A stretch of 35,869 nucleotides of DNA from Deltaproteobacteria bacterium (GTDB taxonomy: Bacteria > SAR324 > NAC60-12), in NCBI GenBank assembly GCA_011522845.1, contig WTIF01000164.1, forward strand, positions 1 to 35,869. The letters run 5' to 3'. The notes below the pieces were generated by a model, which ran no database searches, was not told where the DNA came from, and worked only from the letters and a program-made list of their open reading frames with translations. A program made the position numbers and the translations under genes. Every line of letters begins with the position of its first letter. Position 1 is the stretch's first letter. Of the stretch, positions 19,127 to 26,687 are shown piece by piece.

Positions 19127-19543
19127 ATGCGCTATCTCTGGCTCGTATTCTTCGCCGGATTTCTTTACCTGAGTATCGTTTTCATCACCCAGAATCTAGA
19201 TCCGATTGTGATCCGGTTCAACCTTGATGAACTCGGTCTGAATTTCCGGTTCGAGCGCCCAGTTTTTGTACCGATCTTTGTAACGTTGGCGCTGGGTATC
19301 CTTTTCTGTGTGGCCTACTTCTTCACTTATCACTCTCAACTCAGAGTCTTGCACCGCAACCAAGTGATGGAAGTCAAGCGCCTCAAGCGCCTGGTCCTGC
19401 TGGAGCGCAACAAGAACCAGTCTCTCGAGCAACGTAATCACGAGCTACAGCAAATCGTTGAGCGTATGCAATACCTGCTTGATGACAAGGAGTGGTCAGA
19501 GGAACCACGCCGCTTACCAGAAAAGACTGCAGAACCTGCCTGA
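19127..19543 (+). CDS. LapA-like (DUF1049) two-TM membrane protein with C-terminal coiled coil
   Basis: TM1, FITQNLDPIVIRF, P(hydrophobic), TM2 (LALGIL), then a coiled coil: the LapA architecture. SD AAGGAGG. Confidence 0.65.
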   Translation: MRYLWLVFFAGFLYLSIVFITQNLDPIVIRFNLDELGLNFRFERPVFVPIFVTLALGILFCVAYFFTYHSQLRVLHRNQVMEVKRLKRLVLLERNKNQSLEQRNHELQQIVERMQYLLDDKEWSEEPRRLPEKTAEPA

Positions 19544-19556
19544 TTCTCTCTACACT

Positions 19557-20144
19557 TCAGAACACGAAGTCGTGGTCCACTGTGACCATGACTTCAAGCC
19601 TTTGCTTACTATACTCTACCACGCCTCTAACCGGACGATGGATCTCATCCATGATCCCCAATTCAAATGGATCTTTTGTCATCACTGTCCGGCGGAGCGT
19701 GTGCTTGAGGCAGGCGTTTTTCCAGCCACCTGTAAAGACTAACTGTTTCAGACCTCTCTGCCTCACCAAGTACTCACTTAGTCGTTCAGCCTGTGCATTG
19801 ACTGAGTCCTGCTCTAGTGAAGGAATCACGGTCACTTGGCTCCCTAAGGATCTTAGGAATTTTGGTGGTTGCTGCTCCGTCTTTTGCAGATTCAACAAAA
19901 TCACATTGACCTGTTCCTGCAATAGTTTTTGTAGATGCCGCTGAAGACTTTTCTGAAAATCCTGTGAGTTCTTGACTAGCCTGCTGGCCTGAATCGCATA
20001 TTCATCTGCGTGGACCACTACGTAGGCGATTTCTGAACCGCTTATCAAACCGAAGGAACTCACTGTACTCGTACACATAAACTTCGCTAAAGCATGGATC
20101 GCTAAATGATTTTCTTCTACAGTGGTGTGGAGGAGACTCCGCAT
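19557..20144 (-). CDS. Hypothetical protein, possibly a divergent isochorismatase-like cysteine hydrolase fold
   Basis: AYVVVHAD near the N-terminus and LSEYL.....KQLVFTGGWKNACLKHT resemble the isochorismatase 'lvvtG..tn.CV..T' motif. Confidence 0.45.
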   Translation of the reverse strand: MRSLLHTTVEENHLAIHALAKFMCTSTVSSFGLISGSEIAYVVVHADEYAIQASRLVKNSQDFQKSLQRHLQKLLQEQVNVILLNLQKTEQQPPKFLRSLGSQVTVIPSLEQDSVNAQAERLSEYLVRQRGLKQLVFTGGWKNACLKHTLRRTVMTKDPFELGIMDEIHRPVRGVVEYSKQRLEVMVTVDHDFVF

Positions 20145-20256
20145 ATTTTTGAGAAATTCAGACGGACCTCACTAACTCAAATCAAGAAGGCTTTTCTACT
20201 TATTTTCAAAATCACATCGGCTGGATGCTTCGGATAGTTGCCAATAAATATTGCTC

Positions 20257-20418
20257 TCACAAGAAACCAGCTTCTCGTGCCTCTTGTTCGACTTCTTCGA
20301 AATCCTGCATCACTTTGATCTCAGCATCTTTCTCCGTATAGTTACAGTGTTCCGTCAGGTAACGCTGTAAGGCATAAGTCAGATACGCTTGGTATTCACG
20401 ACTGTACTGATTATCCAT
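20257..20418 (-). CDS. Small acidic hypothetical protein (53 aa), not in the ORF track
   Basis: Manual translation gives MDNQYSREYQAYLTYALQRYLTEHCNYTEKDAEIKVMQDFEEVEQEAREAGFL*. Protein-like composition, weak SD (AGAGA), fills an otherwise empty gap. Confidence 0.65.
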   Translation of the reverse strand: MDNQYSREYQAYLTYALQRYLTEHCNYTEKDAEIKVMQDFEEVEQEAREAGFL

Positions 20419-20881
20419 AAATATTCTCTAATTTTGTTTTTCATATTAGAAAACGTTCCATCTCTTTTACCCCAATTCGGAACTACAGGCACTTGAATTA
20501 ACTAGATACAGCAATTTTCTTCGTATTGAACTATTCAATTAGGTATCGAATTACCAACCAACAAACATTACGTTGCTAAATTAAGTTTTGGAGTTTAACT
20601 GGTTGAGTTTGTGTAACCTGGGTACTCAGGCTGACATCATTCGCTGTTGCCAATCAAAAAAGTTTCTTTTGCATTCATTTCATGAACTGGATAGAATCAT
20701 TAAAATTAGTAGTTTAAAACTGCTATAACTAAGAGAAAGCAGGTTGCAGAATAAAAGTTATTGATTCTGTAATGATTGTTTACGAACGCTCTTTGCACTA
20801 ACTTGCAGAGGATAGCGTACTATCTTAGAAGCGAAGCAAAGTTTACTTTGCTAATTGATCAACAGCTAACTGAGGAAGACC

Positions 20882-21064
20882 ATGCCCAGCGTACAAGAAC
20901 TTGAGAATCAAATTGCAGAACTGCAAAAGCAAAGAAAAACCGCGTTACGGGATGAAAGAAACAAGGATCTGTCTCTCGTCAAGGAAATGTGCAAGAAGCA
21001 CGGGTTTACTGCGCGGATGCTGAAAGGATACTTGGCGGAAGGAAGAAACAGAAGGAAGAAGTAA
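20882..21064 (+). CDS. Small H-NS-like protein (N-terminal oligomerisation region only)
   Basis: SD GAGGA. SVQELENQIAELQKQ.....RDER...LSLVKEMCKKHGFTARML matches the N-terminal pattern of H-NS-family proteins. No TWTGxGRxP DNA-binding domain. Confidence 0.7.
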   Translation: MPSVQELENQIAELQKQRKTALRDERNKDLSLVKEMCKKHGFTARMLKGYLAEGRNRRKK

Positions 21065-21074
21065 AGATTACGCT

Positions 21075-21135
21075 AGTAGATTAAAGCTATCTGAATTTGA
21101 TCACATTGAATAAGGGCAGCTTTGATCTACTTTTT
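21075..21135 (+). terminator. Intrinsic terminator after the H-NS-like gene
   Basis: AGTAGATTAAAGCT (21075-21088) pairs with AGCTTTGATCTACT (21118-21131) with one G-U pair, followed by TTTT. Confidence 0.65.
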
Positions 21136-21199
21136 CTCCAGCTAGTGGCTCAGATCAGTGACCTCAACCAGGCCCAACTCACCCATAATCAATCCACCT

Positions 21200-21733
21200 T
21201 CAGGCGTAAAGATTTACCGAGTTTGGTGATTTTTTCGAATCTTCTACTGGCTTCTCTGCTGCTAATATTTCTAGTTTGAAGATCAGATCTGCGTTGGGAG
21301 GAATACCAGCTCCAGCCATTCCAGAAGGACCATAGGCTAGCTTGGCAGGAATTTTCAGTTGTAGCTTAGTACCAACCCGCATTCCCTCCATGGCTTTTTC
21401 CCAGCCCTTGATGACCATGCCTTCGCCATGGTTATATTCAAAAGGCCGCCCCTTGTCGATGCTGCTGTCGAACTTGGTGAAGTCGCTAGCTAGCCAGCCT
21501 TCATAATGAACGCTGAGCTTACTGCCCGTTTCAACTTTCTCCCCCTTGCCCAACTTCTCCACGTAGACCATCAACCCACCGGGTAACTTCTTGAAAGAAG
21601 CATCCATCGCCAGTTCAGGAGGTGGATTTTCTTCCTTTACACCACTGGCTTCTTCCCCTTGCTTGCCTTCATCCGTGACAGGGGGGGTATACTTGGTGCG
21701 CAGGTTGGTAAAGGTGTTATTGCTGATATTCAT
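21200..21733 (-). CDS. FKBP-type peptidyl-prolyl cis-trans isomerase
   Basis: VHYEGWL...KFDSS, VIKGWEKA, IPAKLAYG and IPPNADLIFKLEIL. ATGA overlap with the upstream gene. Confidence 0.93.
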   Translation of the reverse strand: MNISNNTFTNLRTKYTPPVTDEGKQGEEASGVKEENPPPELAMDASFKKLPGGLMVYVEKLGKGEKVETGSKLSVHYEGWLASDFTKFDSSIDKGRPFEYNHGEGMVIKGWEKAMEGMRVGTKLQLKIPAKLAYGPSGMAGAGIPPNADLIFKLEILAAEKPVEDSKKSPNSVNLYA

Positions 21734-22908
21734 CTACACCGAAATGCGTTGCTTGCCGAATTGGGCTGATCCATCAAAATAGTAACCCGAATCGGAGAAT
21801 TGTCATCACCTTGAGCCACTCCTTGGCTGACATCCGTATAAAGCTTGATCGACTCACCTTGCAGGTTGTACTGATCGGTTTGCACTTGGGCGTTGCCTTC
21901 CAACAAGATCAGTTGGGTTGCCTGCTCCATCCTGACAGAATCAGCACGGGCTACTCGCCCAGGCTGCTCGAAGCATACCGCTCGTTCCGCATAGACCGTT
22001 TGAATCTGCTGGGTTGCATCAAACTCTACCTGGACCCGACCACCATAGATCCGTAGCTGTTCCGGCGACTTGAAAAGTTCTACCGCTCCTTCCAGCAAAA
22101 GACGCCGAACTTGGTTATTGAGCGTTGCCTGGGCCGCTTGCAGCGTCACCGTCTCTGGAGAGTCACTGGTTGGTGGCAATTCCTCTAGACTATTGAACGC
22201 TTGCTGTCGGCGAATTTCATCAAGGTCTAATTCTATCCGAGCGGGCTCTGCTTCACTGCGTCCCTGTAGGAGAACCTGTTGTCGCAGCAGGTCGGCCTGC
22301 ATCAAATTACCACTGATTTTTCCTTGCTTAGCGCTAGCACGGAACTCTTCGTTGAAGCGCAAGATCTGGACCGGTCCTCGCACATCTTCGTTCGCGAATC
22401 CTTCTTCTGCACGCTCATAGAATAGAAACCCGGCCTGCAAGGTTCGATCCCACTGTTCCACCTCCACAGACCCCTCACTGCGCATTTTCTCGTACTTTTC
22501 TTGGCGCACCAAGTTGAGCAACTCAGAGCGGAAGCGTAGCTGTTCTCGTGGCAATTCCCCCTCAACTTCCCCACGAAATACCAACTCTCCCTTCTTCTGA
22601 TCACCACTGAATTCCTGGGCTTGCAGTTGTAGACGTCGCATCTCAGCAAACTGTTCAATCTGCTCCAGGGCTTCAGTTGTCGGGGAACGCGGCAACTTCT
22701 GCAGTGCAGCACGCAGATCTTCTTTCGTGTCAAAACGAATTCCTACCAAAGATCGCAGATCCCTGAGAATTTCTAATGGCAAACCCGCCTGACGCAAATG
22801 GATCAGGGTGTTGCTGGAAAGTTCATAAGCATTGCTACCCTGTGCCCAGACAAAATTAGTGAGGCAGCAGAAGATCAGCGACAGCAAGCCGATTCGGAAG
22901 CGCATCAT
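21730..22908 (-). CDS. LptA/OstA-family beta-jellyroll protein (multi-repeat) with an extra N-terminal module
   Basis: Signal peptide and repeated OstA-like motifs (LVFRGEV, SEGSVEVEQ, LLEGAVEL, ARADS...ILLEGNAQV...LQGESIKL, IRVTI). Directly downstream of pyrG. Confidence 0.75.
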   Translation of the reverse strand: MMRFRIGLLSLIFCCLTNFVWAQGSNAYELSSNTLIHLRQAGLPLEILRDLRSLVGIRFDTKEDLRAALQKLPRSPTTEALEQIEQFAEMRRLQLQAQEFSGDQKKGELVFRGEVEGELPREQLRFRSELLNLVRQEKYEKMRSEGSVEVEQWDRTLQAGFLFYERAEEGFANEDVRGPVQILRFNEEFRASAKQGKISGNLMQADLLRQQVLLQGRSEAEPARIELDLDEIRRQQAFNSLEELPPTSDSPETVTLQAAQATLNNQVRRLLLEGAVELFKSPEQLRIYGGRVQVEFDATQQIQTVYAERAVCFEQPGRVARADSVRMEQATQLILLEGNAQVQTDQYNLQGESIKLYTDVSQGVAQGDDNSPIRVTILMDQPNSASNAFRCR

Positions 22909-22912
22909 GGTG

Positions 22913-24517
22913 TCACCTTATGGAGGAGTTTTGCTTGTAGTGCAGAGCTGCACGTGAGAAGGAAACAAACAACGGATGTGGGGCGAAGGGCTTTGATTTC
23001 AACTCTGGATGGTACTGGCAGCCAATGAACCAGGGGTGATCTGCCAACTCAATGGTTTCTACCAGGTCTCGATCCGGATTTCTGCCAGAAATCACTAACC
23101 CTGCAGATTCTAGTTGAGGAACAAATTCGTTCATCACTTCATAGCGATGACGATGACGCTCACGAATCTCTGGCTTAGCATAGATTTGCGCAATCTGAGT
23201 TCCTTCCCGCAAGTGGGCCGTATATGCTCCAAGACGCATTGATCCGCCAGTATTTTGTTGTCCTTGCTGCTCTGGCATTAAATCAATCACATTTTCATCA
23301 TGGGGACTCCGGAATTCTCCAGAATTGGCGTCCTTCAGATTGGCAACATTGCGCGCAAATTCAATCACAGCCATCTGCATTCCCAGACAAATGCCAAAGA
23401 AAGGAATTTGCTGTTCTCGTGCGTGCTGAACAGCCAAAATTTTTCCTTCTGTACCACGTTCTCCAAAGCCTGGTGCAACCAACACCGCATGAGCAGGAGC
23501 CAGCATCGGCCCAACGGTTTTTTCCGTGATTTCCTCGGAGTTGATATAGATCAGGTTCAGACGCAGGTTGCAGGCAATACAGCCATGCACGAGCGCTTCG
23601 TTGAGGCTTTCATAGGTGTCCCGCTGATTGACATACTTTCCAACAAAGGCAATGGTAATTTCATCAATTGGCTCTTTGTAGGCTTCCACAATATCTACCC
23701 AATTCTGCAACTTGGGGCGTCGTGTCCACATCTGCAGCAACTCAATGATTTTGTCATCAAGCTTCTGCTTGTGATAGACGAGCGGAATCTCGTAGAGAAA
23801 ATCAACATCCAGCCCATCAATCACCGCATCAACAGGGACATTGGTGAACAAGGCGATCTTCTCACGCAACTTATCCGGCAAAGGCTCTGGTGTCCTGCAG
23901 ATCAGCATATCTGGTTGAATTCCAATTTCCCGTAGTTTGCCAACACTGTGCTGGGTCGGCTTGGTCTTCATCTCTGTTGTATAAATGATCAGCGTGAGAT
24001 GAATGTAAAGTGTGTTTTCACGACCATAATCATGACGAAACTGACGGATCGCCTCCAGAAAGGGTAAGGACTCAATGTCACCGACGGTGCCGCCGATTTC
24101 CACGATAGCGATATCTACATTATCACTAGCCCGAAGCACTGCCTCCTTGATCTCATCAATCACATGAGGCACAACCTGAACAGTTGCCCCCAGGTATTCA
24201 CCGGCTCGTTCCTTGCGAATGATTTTATCGTAGATCTGCCCCGTTGTGCAGTTGTGAACTCGAGACACGACGGCATTGGTATAGCGCTCATAATGTCCCA
24301 AATCCAAATCAGTCTCTGCCCCATCCTCGGTAACGTAAACCTCACCGTGTTGGAAGGGATTCATAGTTCCTGCATCAATATTGATGTAAGGATCGAGTTT
24401 CATCAGACTGACGGTTAGGCCGCGACTCTCGAGCAAGGCACCAATGGAGGCTCCGGCAATGCCTTTGCCCAGGCCCGAAACAACGCCACCGGTGATGAAG
24501 ATAAATTTGGTCTGCAT
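22913..24517 (-). CDS. pyrG: CTP synthase
   Basis: KFIFITGGVVSGLGKG, KLDPYINID.GTMNPFQHGEV, KTKPTQHSV, GICLGMQ, ERHRHRYE and QYHPE. Confidence 0.98.
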   Translation of the reverse strand: MQTKFIFITGGVVSGLGKGIAGASIGALLESRGLTVSLMKLDPYINIDAGTMNPFQHGEVYVTEDGAETDLDLGHYERYTNAVVSRVHNCTTGQIYDKIIRKERAGEYLGATVQVVPHVIDEIKEAVLRASDNVDIAIVEIGGTVGDIESLPFLEAIRQFRHDYGRENTLYIHLTLIIYTTEMKTKPTQHSVGKLREIGIQPDMLICRTPEPLPDKLREKIALFTNVPVDAVIDGLDVDFLYEIPLVYHKQKLDDKIIELLQMWTRRPKLQNWVDIVEAYKEPIDEITIAFVGKYVNQRDTYESLNEALVHGCIACNLRLNLIYINSEEITEKTVGPMLAPAHAVLVAPGFGERGTEGKILAVQHAREQQIPFFGICLGMQMAVIEFARNVANLKDANSGEFRSPHDENVIDLMPEQQGQQNTGGSMRLGAYTAHLREGTQIAQIYAKPEIRERHRHRYEVMNEFVPQLESAGLVISGRNPDRDLVETIELADHPWFIGCQYHPELKSKPFAPHPLFVSFSRAALHYKQNSSIR

Positions 24518-24703
24518 AGTTGAATATCGACTGGTAATGGACGCTATCGGCAGGAAATCTGTTATTGAGAGGAGCTTGGCAGGACACTCCGGCCCATTGC
24601 CATGAAGAGCAAGTCAGCGAGGTCTGCGGCTTGCGAATCGCAAGGCTTCTCTATATACAGTCTAGTTGTTGATTTGCAAATCTCTTCTGCCTAAAAAATC
24701 TGC

Positions 24704-25078
24704 ATGCCCAATCTGCTTTACGTTGATCACGATCTGACACGCTTGGGTGAGATTCAACACCAACTTTCGGAACACTTCCAGTTGGAAGTCGCTTTCAATG
24801 GCTGGGAAGGCTTCGCCAACTCCGTCATGAACAAACCGGATGTTGTTTTGCTGAACTTGGAACTGCCTGTGATGGACGGATTGGAAATGGTGCGCTTGGT
24901 TCGTACAGAAACTGATTGTGCGCATTTGATCCTGCTTGGTTTTTCTTTGATAGAACTTTCCTCAGAATTTGCCGAAACAGCCGAAAGACTCGGTTTGAAT
25001 CAGTTGGTTGAATACCCTTTCGCTCAGCAACTACCAGCAGAACTATTCAAAATGCTGCCTGTTGCCACACAGGGCTGA
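24704..25078 (+). CDS. Single-domain CheY-like receiver, atypical (phospho-acceptor Asp replaced by Asn)
   Basis: LYVDHD...AFNGWEG...KPDVVLLNLELPVMDGLE. The conserved Lys of the KP motif is also absent (VEYPF). Confidence 0.8.
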   Translation: MPNLLYVDHDLTRLGEIQHQLSEHFQLEVAFNGWEGFANSVMNKPDVVLLNLELPVMDGLEMVRLVRTETDCAHLILLGFSLIELSSEFAETAERLGLNQLVEYPFAQQLPAELFKMLPVATQG

Positions 25079-26588
25079 TTCCTTCGATCAACCTGCCAGC
25101 TGTCAACCCAACTTCGCCCGACCGTTTCGCCTGCCAATCTCCAGCAGATCCATGCCACCAACAACCAACTAAGGTTGCCTCCAAAGGATTCAAGCCTTGC
25201 GCCAGTAGTCCGCCAATCATCCCACTGAGTACATCTCCAGAACCTGCCGTTGCCATTCCTGGATTGCCTGTAGGATTGATGAAGACCTGCCCATCTGGCG
25301 TACCAATCACCGTGAGTGCTCCCTTGAGCAGCAGGACGACCCCCCACATCTGTGCCCAGTGACGTACAGTAGCCACGCGTTGTTGCTGAAATTCCGAGAC
25401 CGGCTTATCGATCAAGCGTGATAACTCTCCCGGATGTGGTGTTAGTACAGCCGGAATTTCTCTTTCACGAAGCCAATTCGGATCAAGCGCATTCAATCCA
25501 TCGGCATCAATCAGAACAGGCAACTCTCTCACTTCCAGTAAAATCCCCTCCAACAATGCTGGGATTTCTTCGCTGGTACCGATTCCACAGCCAACAACCA
25601 GCGCATTGTAGCGTGGTAATTGGGGCCTCAGTTCGGATAGCGTACTCACTTGCCAGACGTCTTTTGTCTGAGACGCTGACCAAGTCATCACTTCTGGCAC
25701 ACCAAGAAGTCGATCTCGCAAAGCACCGGGCACTGCTGCAGTGACTAGTCCAGTTCCTACCTGCAAGGCTGCTTGACTCGCCAACTGCACCGCACCTGCC
25801 ATTCCTACCTGACCACCCAGCACCAGCAAATGCCCAAAAGTTCCCTTGTGGGCTGTGATCGGACGTTTGGGAAGAGCTTGTCGAAAAAAGTTCTTTGTCA
25901 GCAGGTAAGTGGACTTCTCCCCAGTGGGCCAATGCGGTGGGATGCAGACATCGACAACATGAATTTCTCCAGCTTGTTCACGGCCAGGCTGTTGCCACAA
26001 CCCAATCTTAGGAACCTGAAAAGTGACCGTAGACTCACAGCGTGTTGCTGTTCCCAGTATCCGACTGTCATCTGCCGAAATCCCCGAAGGTAGGTCCACA
26101 CCGATTACTTCTGCAGGACTAGCATTGATGGCTGCAATCCAATCTGCATATAGACCAACAATAGGACGTTGCAGACCAACTCCAAAGATAGCATCTAACA
26201 CTACCTCTGCTGCTTCAATGGCTTGTGCTGCAGCAGGTTCTGGGAAAGTTAGAGTGGGACCAAAATTTTGCCAAAGACGGAAGTTCTGCTGAGCATCTGG
26301 AGTGTTAGGCTCCTGAAGGCAGACTACCGAAACAGAATAGCCTCGGTTGGCCAATAGACGGGCTGCTGCATAACCATCTCCTCCATTGTTACCGCTTCCA
26401 CAACAGACACAGATTCTTCTGGAGTTTGGATAGCGTTGTTCCACCCAATCTGCGACAGCCCGAGCCGCATTCTCCATTAGTAGTAGGCCAGGTAGCCCGA
26501 GTTCCTCAATCGCTCGGCGATCCATCGCCTGCATGCTCATAGCATCTGTCAAGCGATCACAGCAATCGAGGAGTTTGGCTTCTATCAT
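25047..26588 (-). CDS. nnr: Bifunctional NAD(P)H-hydrate epimerase/dehydratase (YjeF)
   Basis: LMENAA, CGSGNNGGDG, DAIFGVG, DLPSG, HKGTFG, IDADGLN, LTPHPGE and MATAGSGDVLSG. Confidence 0.95.
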   Translation of the reverse strand: MIEAKLLDCCDRLTDAMSMQAMDRRAIEELGLPGLLLMENAARAVADWVEQRYPNSRRICVCCGSGNNGGDGYAAARLLANRGYSVSVVCLQEPNTPDAQQNFRLWQNFGPTLTFPEPAAAQAIEAAEVVLDAIFGVGLQRPIVGLYADWIAAINASPAEVIGVDLPSGISADDSRILGTATRCESTVTFQVPKIGLWQQPGREQAGEIHVVDVCIPPHWPTGEKSTYLLTKNFFRQALPKRPITAHKGTFGHLLVLGGQVGMAGAVQLASQAALQVGTGLVTAAVPGALRDRLLGVPEVMTWSASQTKDVWQVSTLSELRPQLPRYNALVVGCGIGTSEEIPALLEGILLEVRELPVLIDADGLNALDPNWLREREIPAVLTPHPGELSRLIDKPVSEFQQQRVATVRHWAQMWGVVLLLKGALTVIGTPDGQVFINPTGNPGMATAGSGDVLSGMIGGLLAQGLNPLEATLVGCWWHGSAGDWQAKRSGEVGLTAGRLIEGISPVWQQAAF

Positions 26589-26687
26589 TTTGGCTTAGTG
26601 CGTCTTCAATAGTGGCAGGTCGGCACCCAGTCTGTCCTGAAATGGTCAATCAAATGGTCTAGTGGGTATTTTTACTGATCACATATC

